63,677 bases of DNA, filler included, from Stramenopiles sp. TOSAG23-3 (GCA_900128585.1; 5 parts of 5 records of this genome joined end to end with filler, not necessarily neighbours in it); one strand, 5' to 3'. Counted from the whole stretch's first letter, positions 17,936 to 28,901 are shown. The notes: generated by a model from the letters alone, not told the origin. Program-made: numbers and translations.

Positions 17936-19993
17936 ATGGTTGGGGTGTTTATTTTAGTTTTTACGAGATTATCAAACGACAATTTTGGGGCTAGCCCACG
18001 CCCAATGCTCCGGGGGACAGATATTGTACATACGAACCTTCTCTTTGAGTTTCCCACTTTGCGGACCATTTTCCCTTTCTTCTTGGAACGTACGCAGTGG
18101 AGGAATTCAACGACGCGGCCAACGGTACCGCTTGGAGGGCTAAAACCCACGGTTCGAACTCTCGGGCTGTCTGATGCGGATAAAGCTGAGGTTGACTACC
18201 TGTTTAGATCAGGATTTTCGTATCTGCACGCTTTTGAAAACTTACAGGCCGTCGCACAATTTGCTGCAAGCGTGTCGGTCGATCCGAACTGCCTCGCGTG
18301 CTATGCTGGGTTGTCGTTTGCGCTAGAGTGGAATTACGGTTACAGGCGGGCCAAAATGGAAGCTATCAAAGCTACGTCGCAATTCAAGGGCATGACCAAT
18401 GAAACTTTTAGCAAGGACGAAAAGGCACTTTTGGAAATTGCAACCGTCGCGAACCGAACAGACTATTGCCTGAAGGCCTTTCCGTCGTCGTTGTCGGTGG
18501 AATTGGGAGCTTATTGTTCTTTCGTCCTAGTCGATGCGTCTATCGGTGTTCAAGGCGCACCTCTGCAGCCACTACGGCAAATTGCCCAAAGGCGTCTTCA
18601 GGATTTGGCACAACAATACCCTCAGCATGTTGGAGTTGCACACTACATAGTTCATGCGTACGAAGATGACCGGCAGCCCGAGATCGCCTTGCAAGTGGTG
18701 GAGGTGTTGAACAGAATCAAATGGTCGGCCCACTTGGTCCACATGCCCGGCCACGTGTACAGCCTGGTAGGAAACTCACAAATGGCTTTTAATTCGTTTC
18801 AAAATTCGTACAATCTTGAGCGTACACTGCATGAAGGAAGAGATCCTTTCTCAATGTGGCCGAACGCGTGGAATTACATTCACAACCAAGCGTACCATGT
18901 CTCCAAGCTGATTGAAGACGGGCAACGGAAGAAAGCGATTTCAATGGCGGAGCGGATTGCCACTGGCCTCTGCGACGAGAAAGTCCTGGCGCACCAAAGA
19001 ACCAGTAACAAGGCACGGGGACCGGCCCAACCTCTTTTGCTTTCCCCGAAATTTTCAAGGACAACATCCCGGGTGTTCTACCAGGGCCTGGTGGCATTGC
19101 CGTTCGTCTACATTCGAAATCTAGAATTCAAGAAATGCGAAGAAAGTCTCACGTCCCTGCAGAAGAAGGTTGCTAGGTTTCCCGTATTTGACCACTATTT
19201 GGAACAGTACTACGGTATTCTAAGACAGTACTGCACCGGCATGGCAACGTTTTACCCTTGCATTTCGTCGGTCGCAAAAACAAATGGCAAGATGAACGCC
19301 AAGGGCGCTTTTCAAGGTTTTATCAACATTCACGTTGAACCCCCAATATGCAAAAAAACTGACCTTGGTGCAAGTGCAAATCCATTGTTAACACGGATGG
19401 AGAATTCCATCACGAGTCTAACCAAGCTCTTGCACATGAAAGGGATCCCGTTCACTCACCGGATGGCAGTGAACAGGGTGGGTATCCAACCAGATTATTT
19501 CGTAGAGCACAGAGCAGTGGTAGCATTGCACGTTCATTATCTAGAACTTAAAGGTGTGATCGAGGCCTTGACAGACCCGTCGAAATCGTTAGTATCACTT
19601 GAAGAGGCCGTGAAAGCGGAAGAGGCGTTGCCGTACAACGAACCGGTTGCGTACCCGCGTTCTGTTCGCGAAACAAGGGGAGATGTGTACATGCATGCAG
19701 TTTATAACAGTAAAAGCGGCCCCGCACTGTCGGGAAAGAAAAAACGTGAATATTTGCAAATGGCTGAAGCTGATTTCACGCATGTAATCGACAGCCCCCA
19801 GTTTCGTCGCAGTGGGTATGCCTTCTGGGGTATCGTGGCTTTGCGCGCTCTGAACGGAGAAGCCAAGGAGAGCATTGTTGGTGCCATTCACGATTTTCAA
19901 CAGTCATGGAGGAGAGCCGACCATGATATGAAGAGTGGCAGCACGTATGGTGGGCGAAGCGCGAAAGAGTGGCTTGAGAAGTTGCTAGCCTGA
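17936..19993 (+). CDS. TPR-containing protein of the His-motif (HMPxH) family common in bacteria and fungi; start uncertain
   Basis: FRSGFSYLHAF..A..F..DPNC..YAG; HVGVAHYIVH; HLVHMPGHVY; YIHN; LPYNEP..PRSVRE; FQQSWRRAD. First in-frame ATG is 17936; the frame is open from 17771. Confidence 0.75.
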   Translation: MVGVFILVFTRLSNDNFGASPRPMLRGTDIVHTNLLFEFPTLRTIFPFFLERTQWRNSTTRPTVPLGGLKPTVRTLGLSDADKAEVDYLFRSGFSYLHAFENLQAVAQFAASVSVDPNCLACYAGLSFALEWNYGYRRAKMEAIKATSQFKGMTNETFSKDEKALLEIATVANRTDYCLKAFPSSLSVELGAYCSFVLVDASIGVQGAPLQPLRQIAQRRLQDLAQQYPQHVGVAHYIVHAYEDDRQPEIALQVVEVLNRIKWSAHLVHMPGHVYSLVGNSQMAFNSFQNSYNLERTLHEGRDPFSMWPNAWNYIHNQAYHVSKLIEDGQRKKAISMAERIATGLCDEKVLAHQRTSNKARGPAQPLLLSPKFSRTTSRVFYQGLVALPFVYIRNLEFKKCEESLTSLQKKVARFPVFDHYLEQYYGILRQYCTGMATFYPCISSVAKTNGKMNAKGAFQGFINIHVEPPICKKTDLGASANPLLTRMENSITSLTKLLHMKGIPFTHRMAVNRVGIQPDYFVEHRAVVALHVHYLELKGVIEALTDPSKSLVSLEEAVKAEEALPYNEPVAYPRSVRETRGDVYMHAVYNSKSGPALSGKKKREYLQMAEADFTHVIDSPQFRRSGYAFWGIVALRALNGEAKESIVGAIHDFQQSWRRADHDMKSGSTYGGRSAKEWLEKLLA

Positions 19994-20282
19994 TCAGCGC
20001 ATAACTAAAGTCCGAAGTCCGAAGGAAAAATTAAGATATTTACTGAACCACAATTTCAGTAGTAACAACAGCCAGTATTTTTGTTTTTTACGTACTTTTT
20101 GTTTGAAGTAGTTTTTACGAAAATTTATTCGTACCTTATCATACTTGCACTATACTATACTAGATAATTTGTTTTTCATACTTGCACTAACTTCTTAAAT
20201 GATTTTATTGTGCGGTAGCGATATGATATTTAAGATTCTTAATCAAAATTTGACGAAAACGGAATCTATGAAAATATAGTGT

Positions 20283-21374
20283 CTATTTTGTAAATGTGTA
20301 AATCCAGGTGCCGAACATGGTATCCGTCTCGTCCACTTCGCCGCTTTCCGTTTTCAGCGCCTCGGCCTCAATGTCCCACGGCAGTTTTGCAGACGTCAGC
20401 ATGGGAAGGTACATCATTTTGGGAACGGACGAAACCAGCACGAATTTTCCTTTCGGGGCGAGGACACGGTAGACTTCTTTCAAAATAAAGATGGCGCGGG
20501 AGACGCCCTGTGCGTCCTCGCCAGACATGACGGCGTCAATGGTACCTTTGTCAACCACCGCCCCAAAATGATCCTTGGGAAACGACATTTTTGACGCATC
20601 CATCGCAATGTACTCCAACCCGTCCTTTCTTGGGCGCTTTTTCATCTTTTCAATGGCCACGTCGCTGTAATCAACGCACACTACGGACGTAAAGCCGCCG
20701 ACCCCCAAGAGCTCTTCTCCCAGAAGCGAAACACCGCAGCCGACGTCTAGCACGGGCTTTTCCGTGCGGGAGACGCTCGTGATAAACCTGCCAATGTGCG
20801 AAAAATTCAAGTACCACTCCTCCACATGGTCGCCTTTTCCTGCGTCGCCCTCACCCATGTACCGTTGGTTCCAGTACTCTTTCTCGCCGTACTTTGGCGC
20901 GTTGTTGTCGGCCTGCGAAGCAAGACTTCCCGGCTCGTCCGTTTCTTCCGTTTTTTCAAGGCCCATCCCATTCCCGTCCAGCCCGCCTGTCCGCAAGGAG
21001 GACATGGCCTTTTCCATTGACGCGGCTGCCTTATCCTCCTGCTTTTTCACTTGGTCGTATTTGGCCTGCTTTGCGGCAACCTCCTGCTGAATTTTTTCAG
21101 CGGCGGCCCTCGCTTCCGCAACTTGCTTCATCGCTTCCTGGAGCTCTGCCTCCGCCTGTTTTATCCCCAGCAGGAGGCTCCTGTCCTTGGGGTCAAATGA
21201 CGATTTAGTGGCTAACACATTTGCTTCAGGTCTTGGCGGGGGTTTACAGACTTTCTTGTGCACTTTGAAATGTTTTTTCTGGCAGTCACGGCAACAGTAG
21301 GTAGCCGTCTTGCAGCGGCTGCATACCTTTTTTGCCGCCTTCGATGAGGAGCACTTTGGGTACGAACACTGCAT
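20283..21374 (-). CDS. MYND zinc finger + coiled coil + class I SAM methyltransferase (EEF1AKMT4/METTL13-like)
   Basis: CSYPKC..CSRCKTATYCCRDCQKKHFKVHKKVC; YGEKEYWNQRY..EWY; VLDVGCG; VDYS; MDA; VVDKGTIDAV. Confidence 0.88.
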   Translation of the reverse strand: MQCSYPKCSSSKAAKKVCSRCKTATYCCRDCQKKHFKVHKKVCKPPPRPEANVLATKSSFDPKDRSLLLGIKQAEAELQEAMKQVAEARAAAEKIQQEVAAKQAKYDQVKKQEDKAAASMEKAMSSLRTGGLDGNGMGLEKTEETDEPGSLASQADNNAPKYGEKEYWNQRYMGEGDAGKGDHVEEWYLNFSHIGRFITSVSRTEKPVLDVGCGVSLLGEELLGVGGFTSVVCVDYSDVAIEKMKKRPRKDGLEYIAMDASKMSFPKDHFGAVVDKGTIDAVMSGEDAQGVSRAIFILKEVYRVLAPKGKFVLVSSVPKMMYLPMLTSAKLPWDIEAEALKTESGEVDETDTMFGTWIYTFTK

Positions 21375-21747
21375 GTAATAATCAAACCCACGCTGTGCTT
21401 TTTATTAATTCGTCTATTTGTGAAGATTCTGGTGAGAAATTTTGTATTATCTTTTCCATCATATCCGTCATTCAATTAGAAATTAGAAGTATTATAACTT
21501 TACATTTATACTTCACACACATAGTTTCGTACACAATTCAAAATTCAATATTTACTATATATTAAATATAATAATAATAAATATATAATAATAATTATTA
21601 ATAATAATAAAATTTATTACCTTTTTTCATCGTCGTATACGTAAAATACAGGTAGTAGTATTATATATTATTAATTAAAAAATAGTAAAAGAAGAATAAA
21701 AGTAAAATACTGCTGTGTGGTAGTATGCTGCTGTAAAAAATTAATAT

Positions 21748-24738
21748 TTATGTAGTCGTTTCCTGCCCCTCCCTTTTCTTTCCTTTGTCTGCTGCACTGA
21801 GTACTTTGCGTATAAGATCACAGCTAATTTCGTCCCACACTGTCGCATCGCTTTGTTGTCGCACCAGCAGCGGCAAACCGCCGACGGGTTTCTTCTTCTC
21901 ACCGGTGCTGCTCTTTTTCATATAGTCCGATAATATCTTTACGGATCGTTGAATAAATGAATCAAACACGGGTATCTTCACAGTCGGTCGCCCCAACCTG
22001 GCCTCTCGATTGTCTGTGTCTGATAGTATTTGCTCCAATGTTTCTCTCACGTCTTGGGGCAAAATGTCAGTATCGTCCTTTCCGATACATTCTAACTGCA
22101 TCTGGATGCTGTATGGGAGGGGCCATATGCTAATAGCCTCATCTTCGGCCCCGTCGGTTTCCTTCCTGGCTACCCACAACGCCATCAATATACGGCGAAT
22201 GACGTGCAAGTACTTTTTGCCTAAAACTTTCCCACTCTCTTTCCGAGAAATGTATTTTGCATAATTTTGTTTCGCGTGAGAAATACAGCACCATATAAGC
22301 GACCGTGCCTTGTAGCGGTCTCTCATGGTATCCCGCACGCACTCAACCCAGTCGAACTCGACGATTGCATAGTGGATATAAACTATCGGGGAGAAAAAAA
22401 GCTCAAACATGGTCAAATTGGAGGTGCTCATCATTTGGAAGCAATGGGAGCACTCTTGCCCGACAATGTCGATTTCTGGGGTGCGGTTTGAGACGTCCTT
22501 GGCGTACGTCATGCGAAAGTTCTTCGAAAACGATTTCATCGAGAAATATTTGTTGCACTGGTGGACAAATATACAGTATAAGTCGTGGTCTGAATTTGAA
22601 TGCGCAGTTCCCAGACTCCGCGAGGACAATTCAGCGGCATAAATTATTTTTATTTCTAAGGTTTTCTCGATCTCCCGCAATCGCTCCATGATGACGGCCC
22701 TTGTATCAGCATTTGGGGGACTGAAAGAGAGCTTGCTGCTGCCATGTTTGTCGTCTGGTTCCAGGTTCAGTTCTACGGTGTGCTCGTCGATGCCACCGTC
22801 CCCCACGGCAGTATTGATTTGATAGTCCGTAAAGTACTGCAGCCGCACCGCTTTCAATATTTTCATTAGCTTTGCCACATCGACTTCATCCCTTCTCAGG
22901 CTTTGTCCATTCTCTTTCCTCCTCTTGTCGACATCGTTCCATTCCTGCTTAGTTTCCTTCAACATACGTTCGGCTTTGGCTAACAAAACAGAAGGGTTGA
23001 ATTCCCCTGCCATCGGCCTTGTTTTTCTTATGCTAATGATGAACTCACGCTCGTCGCTTCCGTTTGGAAACCTGACTATGGGATCTTTGTAATGAACGAT
23101 TCTTTTCAATTCAAAGATTTTGTGGAATGCATGATAGAAGTACTTGGATATGCCGTTCTCAGCCTCATATGAAATTTTCTCCATCGTCGCTCCATCCGCG
23201 CCAAGGAATGGTCTTATCATCTTTCTTACTCTGTGCAGCCTTTCGCTGATAAAGCCAAGGTACTGAACTATGCAACGTCCTGTAAGGAAATCTTTGCGAA
23301 ACATTCGAAGTTTTGACCACAGCGGCGAGGCGTTGATTGCCCTGGACGGGGCAGCAAACAAGAATTCGATGTTCCTTGGGTTTCCTTTCGCCAGTTCTTG
23401 GAGAAAAAGTCCTACCTCCTTTCCCGCATATTCAACTTCGCCTGCTTTGTCCGCTCCCATGGGTTTCGCTACATGTCTTTCGAACTGTGTAGCGGGTGGT
23501 TTTGAACGAAGCAGCGCATTTGTTGGAGAAGTAAAGCAAATAAAATAATCTTCGTCGCTGCCTTTTGTGTCCAAGTTGTAGAGAAAAGACCCGCACCGGA
23601 TCATGAACGTAATTTCTGTCCCTTCCCCCAGCTGGCTGTGGATATTGCCGTGAAGATCTAGGCGGGCCAACGCAGCGCTAACGCTGCCCGACGCGGTTGA
23701 CTCTGGACCCTTGCCAGAGTAAGGTCCCGCTTCCGCAGCGCGGGATTGAAAAATGCTAGGTTTGCCCTGTTCCGCCAAAAGCCATGTTGCGCAGGTGGAA
23801 TGTCGTAATTCATCTTTCCATTTGCAACATGCCGTTTTTGTCCCGCTCGATACGTTGGCTGGGATTGCCTTTATTTTTTGGTCTTTGGACTTTGCTATCG
23901 TTTTCTTGTACAGTGAATTGAAAAATTCTACTTCTTTCAACATGATGGTCAATTCCACCTCTCTTGTTTCAGCGCTCCCCCCGCTTCGTCTGTTCTTTTC
24001 CTCCGTTGACTCTGCCAACATGAACGTCGATTCCACCATGGCACGAATGTGTGCTATCAAATAGTTGATAAAATTTCTCATGTCGCTGTACAACGCGTTT
24101 GGAATGTCTGAAAACTGCGAATTCCTCACGTTCTTCAGCAGCCCATAAGCTTGGCCGAGCAGGGATTTGAAGAAACAAATGCTTCCTTTAAAACTGCCCA
24201 GCACCGATTGCGCTATCAACGTTTCACGAAGATTTAGCCACTCCGGCGACGCGAACAGCACTTGCAGCGCTCCCCCCCCGTCGCCACTCCTATTTGTTCC
24301 TTTATACAAATACCTGTCCCCTAGCAGAATCTCAATAATTCGGGCGTCCCCTTTAAGCAGTTTGGTGACAACTTGTCCGATTTCTATGAACGTAATGTTT
24401 TGGATGCTATACTCAAGAATGCTATTTTGTCCTTTGGCCACTTTCTTGTCGTGCTGGTTCTGCTTTGCCAAAATGTACTGACTCAGTGTCTTTTTCGGAC
24501 TGTCAATTAACAGCTCTGTACATGCGGCCGCGTAAAAGGCGTACAAATGCCGCATTCCGCCCTTGTCCTGTTCGCTTGGAACGTTCGCTTTACTGATAAT
24601 ACTACTCTTGTTGGAACGGTACCTTGATAGGCATTTCATAAAGTATAGCTCATCGTCGCATAGCAAGATCAATTTCGCCCCGGCGTCCAAAAACTTCGTT
24701 TGAACGACTTGCGCGATTGCGCTCACTTGCTCGTTCAT
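21748..24738 (-). CDS. Multidomain RlaP/YcgL-type (PF10127-like) Pol-beta nucleotidyltransferase with three tandem domains
   Basis: Domain 2: GSFLYNLDTKGSDEDY..EVGLFLQELAKGNPRNIEFLF. Domain 3: IIYAAELSSRSLGTAHSNSDHDLYCIFVH..SNLTMFELFFSPIVY..KKYLHVIR. Domain 1: EIGQVVTKLLKGDARIIEILL..SPEWLNLR with no GS/DxD motif. ATG at 24738. Confidence 0.8.
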   Translation of the reverse strand: MNEQVSAIAQVVQTKFLDAGAKLILLCDDELYFMKCLSRYRSNKSSIISKANVPSEQDKGGMRHLYAFYAAACTELLIDSPKKTLSQYILAKQNQHDKKVAKGQNSILEYSIQNITFIEIGQVVTKLLKGDARIIEILLGDRYLYKGTNRSGDGGGALQVLFASPEWLNLRETLIAQSVLGSFKGSICFFKSLLGQAYGLLKNVRNSQFSDIPNALYSDMRNFINYLIAHIRAMVESTFMLAESTEEKNRRSGGSAETREVELTIMLKEVEFFNSLYKKTIAKSKDQKIKAIPANVSSGTKTACCKWKDELRHSTCATWLLAEQGKPSIFQSRAAEAGPYSGKGPESTASGSVSAALARLDLHGNIHSQLGEGTEITFMIRCGSFLYNLDTKGSDEDYFICFTSPTNALLRSKPPATQFERHVAKPMGADKAGEVEYAGKEVGLFLQELAKGNPRNIEFLFAAPSRAINASPLWSKLRMFRKDFLTGRCIVQYLGFISERLHRVRKMIRPFLGADGATMEKISYEAENGISKYFYHAFHKIFELKRIVHYKDPIVRFPNGSDEREFIISIRKTRPMAGEFNPSVLLAKAERMLKETKQEWNDVDKRRKENGQSLRRDEVDVAKLMKILKAVRLQYFTDYQINTAVGDGGIDEHTVELNLEPDDKHGSSKLSFSPPNADTRAVIMERLREIEKTLEIKIIYAAELSSRSLGTAHSNSDHDLYCIFVHQCNKYFSMKSFSKNFRMTYAKDVSNRTPEIDIVGQECSHCFQMMSTSNLTMFELFFSPIVYIHYAIVEFDWVECVRDTMRDRYKARSLIWCCISHAKQNYAKYISRKESGKVLGKKYLHVIRRILMALWVARKETDGAEDEAISIWPLPYSIQMQLECIGKDDTDILPQDVRETLEQILSDTDNREARLGRPTVKIPVFDSFIQRSVKILSDYMKKSSTGEKKKPVGGLPLLVRQQSDATVWDEISCDLIRKVLSAADKGKKREGQETTT

Positions 24739-25453
24739 CTTTGTCCACGCCTTTGGTATAGAATAAGTAGTTCTTGTATCTATTAAGTGGTATATCTTAC
24801 AATAATCAATTGGGTGAAAATAGTTTCCCTGTCTCGGTTTAAACAAATTATAATTATTAAATTCAAATGTTGAAGAAGTATTAGAATCTTTCTGGTGATT
24901 TATAGTTATAGTAGAAGAAACAAAAAAAGCATCAAAAACAACAAGTACAAAAAGAGCGGCGAGTAGAAGACATAATAATATAAGAAGGAAGTATAATAAT
25001 AATAATTCGACTCGAAGTACTATAATAATAACAAGTACAACACGGTATTAATACAAATAAATATAAGACGACAAATCAAAAAAGAAGAAGAAGAAGATCT
25101 TCTTTTTAAGTTTATTTCGAAATGCCTCCAAACCCACCGATTCCAAATGCTGTGCGCCTGTATATTATATAATATTAGTCTATTAAATATTTTTCTTCTT
25201 CTTTTTATTTTATAAAAAAATATTAATTATTTTTTTTTAAATTTAATTTTTTTCTGATGATGATGGATGATTTATTTTATAGTCTAGAAGAAGAACTCTT
25301 ATTATTTATAATAGTAGTCTAATACTAATACTAGTATTTACTTTTTTTTCTTCTTCAGCAGATTATTCTTGAGGTGGATATGTGATGTCTACTAGACTAT
25401 TTAATAGCTATAAATACTATTAATAAAATTTGGCAATTTTTTCTTCTTCTTTT

Positions 25454-25553
25454 NNNNNNNNNNNNNNNNNNNNNNNNNNNNNNNNNNNNNNNNNNNNTTA
25501 ATTAATTAANNNNNNNNNNNNNNNNNNNNNNNNNNNNNNNNNNNNNNNNNNNN
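25454..25553. other. Artificial contig-joining spacer
   Basis: 44 N + TTAATTAATTAA + 44 N. Confidence 0.98.
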
Positions 25554-27389
25554 CCAGTTACTTCTGTGTCGTTTGCAAACCTCCCGGCACCGTCTCCGCA
25601 GGAAATCGATGGCTTCACTGTTCCCGATTTTGTTGTAGGTACTACCAAGGCCTTGATTGTTGGTGTGGAGGCTGCCGTGTTCAACGAGCTGAAAGCAGAT
25701 CGACGGCGTGGTACTGTGCTATCACAAGGGTTTGATGCCCCAGTGTCGGGCATTGCTGTCCATCCCGCCGCAACCCAAATGGCAATTGTGACATCTGTTG
25801 GCACCCTTGCACTGTGGGACTTTGTAGAGAAGCGACTACTGAACGTTCGCGTCCTTGAAAACGTGGACAAGCGCATACCTGAAGTATTAGCTTTTGACCC
25901 ATCTTGCACCTTTTTGGCGTGCGGTCAATCGGATGGGACTCTCACTTTGTTGGACTCGCAATCGTTTCAAGACTTGAAACGGTGTGAATTCAAAAATTCT
26001 CTTGGGAACATTTTGCACGTGAAATTTTCTGCAAATGGGACGTTGCTGGCAACCTCCGATGCTGATAGATGCGTTGCGTTGTACAAATACACCACCGATA
26101 TTAATGTCCTAATTCAGGAAGGTTTAGGGGATGAAGACCCAGCTGAAATTGAAGGCGTGACGGGGGGCTGGATTTACATTGGTAAATCCCGCAGTCATTC
26201 AAAAACTATAACAGGCTTAGAGTTCGGAACGTCTATTGACGGGCGAGATTTGCTCATATCTATCGGCGAGGATAGAACCGTTGTAGAGTATGACCTCGAC
26301 AACAGTAGTGTTGTGCAAGGTCTCCAGCAGCGTGGCAACACCGTTTCCACGGAGCAGGTGGCGTACCCGTCGGCGTGCATGTGGCACCCCAAAGCACCAG
26401 GGGCCCGGGAAGATTTGTTCATTACTGCTAACTCAGAATTTAAATTTAAAGTGTGGAATTCGTCGAACAAGACGTGCAGAAAGACCAGCTTGGGTCCTAC
26501 TTACGGAGGCCCCATCACAAAACTAATTCGTCAGCCTTTAGTTGGCGGTGCGACAGATGGCGTTGACGAGTTTGTGGCCTACTCCACTGCTTACAAAGTT
26601 GTTGGGCTCTGCAAAATTCCTTTTGACGGCAATCCCACCAGGGCTATGGGTCTTGTGGCACACCCATCCGAGGTAAAAGAAATTTCATTTTCTCACGATG
26701 GCCAATGGTTAGTAACATCCGGCGGAGAGGACATGACCGTTAATTTGTGGAAAGTGGACACAGGAATTATCGACCGCGCGGTGAAAGAAGGCGGTGTTGG
26801 CGTCGAGCCCTTCATTCCTCTGGTAGAAGGCGGGCGCGAGGGCGCGTTTTACCAAGATATGGTTGATTTTTATTATTATTCACAGATACGAGCGCAGGGA
26901 GAAAACGCGACGGAGAGTAGAACGACTGAGAATGGGATTCCACTCGAGGAAATCCCGAATCTTATGCGAGCGCTGGGGTACTATCCATCGGAGAAAGAAA
27001 TAGAAAATATGTGTAGTGAAGTTAAATATGCCACATTTCTTGAAGACGGTTTAACGAAGGAAAACATTAGTTTTGACGAGTTCCTTGCGCTATACGTTAA
27101 CCACCGACCAGTTTTTGGCGTCGGTAAAGCGCAAATCGAGAAAGCATTCATAGCGTTAGCAGCAAAATTAGGACGCAGAGGAAACTCCAACGGCGACAAC
27201 CCTGCCGTGTCATGGAACTCGTTACAGGAATTAATTTTGACCGAGCAAGAAAATATGACCAGCGAAGAGCTTGATAGTTGCTTGCAAAGTTTGCTTGGAG
27301 ACGAAGCCATGGACATTGCAGGTAGCATGGGCCCCTCAAAATTTAGCGGAGATGTATTGGGCTTTGAAGATTATGTCGAGGATGAGTAA
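25554..27389 (+). CDS. CFAP251: Cilia/flagella-associated protein 251 (WDR66), C-terminal part (5'-truncated)
   Basis: WD40 repeats; CRKTSLGPTYGGP; LCKIPFDGNPTRAMGLVAHP; EGGREGAFYQDMVDFYYYSQIRAQGE; LMRALGYYPSEKEIENM; LYVNHRPVFG; EF-hand-like C-terminus ending VLGF. Confidence 0.92.
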   Translation, partial: PVTSVSFANLPAPSPQEIDGFTVPDFVVGTTKALIVGVEAAVFNELKADRRRGTVLSQGFDAPVSGIAVHPAATQMAIVTSVGTLALWDFVEKRLLNVRVLENVDKRIPEVLAFDPSCTFLACGQSDGTLTLLDSQSFQDLKRCEFKNSLGNILHVKFSANGTLLATSDADRCVALYKYTTDINVLIQEGLGDEDPAEIEGVTGGWIYIGKSRSHSKTITGLEFGTSIDGRDLLISIGEDRTVVEYDLDNSSVVQGLQQRGNTVSTEQVAYPSACMWHPKAPGAREDLFITANSEFKFKVWNSSNKTCRKTSLGPTYGGPITKLIRQPLVGGATDGVDEFVAYSTAYKVVGLCKIPFDGNPTRAMGLVAHPSEVKEISFSHDGQWLVTSGGEDMTVNLWKVDTGIIDRAVKEGGVGVEPFIPLVEGGREGAFYQDMVDFYYYSQIRAQGENATESRTTENGIPLEEIPNLMRALGYYPSEKEIENMCSEVKYATFLEDGLTKENISFDEFLALYVNHRPVFGVGKAQIEKAFIALAAKLGRRGNSNGDNPAVSWNSLQELILTEQENMTSEELDSCLQSLLGDEAMDIAGSMGPSKFSGDVLGFEDYVEDE

Positions 27390-27818
27390 GTTTGAGCAAG
27401 CTAGAGAGGAGAGCAAGGTCGAGTTGGTGGATGATTGCAAGGATCTAAAGACGACAATTTATATTATATATAACAGTTTATACTTTTTTTAGAACAAAAA
27501 AAAGAGATAAAATACAGGGATGAATAATTAGACACAGCATCTTAACAAAATACCATTTAAGTATGGAAAAATCGTATTGTAAATCCATTACATACATTCA
27601 TCACCACCACCCGTCGTCGTCTCCTGTTGCTAAAATTTCACAACAACAACAACTACGAACAACAGTAATCATCATCATCAAACAACGATGATGAAAATAA
27701 TTTTTTTTATTATTATTTTATTATTAATAATAATTTGTCTAGTAGTAGTACGTACATTATTACTGTTACCGGTACCGGTAGTAGTCGTTCTCTCTATAAT
27801 ATATTTTTTTTATTATTA

Positions 27819-27850
<32 letters not shown>

Positions 27851-28070
27851 CACCCTTGGTATTTTATTAAAATTATTGCGGCGGCGGGCGTGTTGATTTT
27901 GTGTGTGGGTGTGTGTGCCCGGAAGATGAAACGGTTCATTTAAATCAAGCACCACCCCCCCGGAGTAAACGAAAGAAAACCATCGCAACTTTGCATTGTT
28001 CATATACGGGAGTATTCAGTTTGAATTAGAAACCCAAGACTTTAAAGAAGAAGTGAACTTTTAACATAAT

Positions 28071-28901
28071 ATGCGTTCTGCGTTTAGCCCGACTCTGCTC
28101 GTCACTCTATCTGTGGTGTCGCTATTGTTCGTTTTTGTAACTTCTCAAACTCCTGAAGGTGCAGATCTTACAGGTGCGGACATTGCCCAAATTGAAAATG
28201 GCATTGCCCAGGACGAAAAAAAATTCAAAAATGCTGTCGAACATTTTGCAGAAGAAGTAGGGAAAAACCTTCCAGATACAGATTTGGGATCTATCTCCGA
28301 GGAAGAATATGAACAGCGGAAAACTGCCATGCTGAAAAGCATTGAAAGTGGAGATCAAAACGATCCGTATGTAATAGAGATGATGAAAATGATCCAAGAG
28401 ACGGACGATATTCGCGAAAACTTGCTGGACGAAACGATGACAGCCAAGGGTCTTTTCAAGGATTTAGCTGATGTACTAGCGTCGGTTGAAAGCGAGGATG
28501 GCGACACTTATGATGATATTCTTTCTGCACAAGTTGAGGAAATATTGCGTGACGGCGATGACATGGACGATTTGGCGTCTGTGATCAAGGCGGCAGAATC
28601 AGCATTTGGTACAAATCTAGCGCTGCAAGATGATATGGAAGCCCTTGGCATTGATATTTCTCAAGCTGTTCGGAATGATAATTCTGCTGTCGCAGACATG
28701 ACAGAAGACTTGGACACAGAATTAGAGCAGAAAAAACAAAATGCAACATTGACTGCCACTGAACTTATGAAACAGGTCCAGGAGTTGATGAATGAGTTCA
28801 CCGACGATGAAAGCGGAACTGCCGATAAATTGCGCGATGCCCTGATGGCCAACTTCGATAAAGTCGGAATGCTTGCGCAAGAAGGGGAGGAAGATGACTG
28901 A
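28071..28901 (+). CDS. Secreted, highly acidic helical protein of unknown function
   Basis: 276-aa ORF with a clear signal peptide; D/E-rich; no motif recognised. Confidence 0.7.
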   Translation: MRSAFSPTLLVTLSVVSLLFVFVTSQTPEGADLTGADIAQIENGIAQDEKKFKNAVEHFAEEVGKNLPDTDLGSISEEEYEQRKTAMLKSIESGDQNDPYVIEMMKMIQETDDIRENLLDETMTAKGLFKDLADVLASVESEDGDTYDDILSAQVEEILRDGDDMDDLASVIKAAESAFGTNLALQDDMEALGIDISQAVRNDNSAVADMTEDLDTELEQKKQNATLTATELMKQVQELMNEFTDDESGTADKLRDALMANFDKVGMLAQEGEEDD

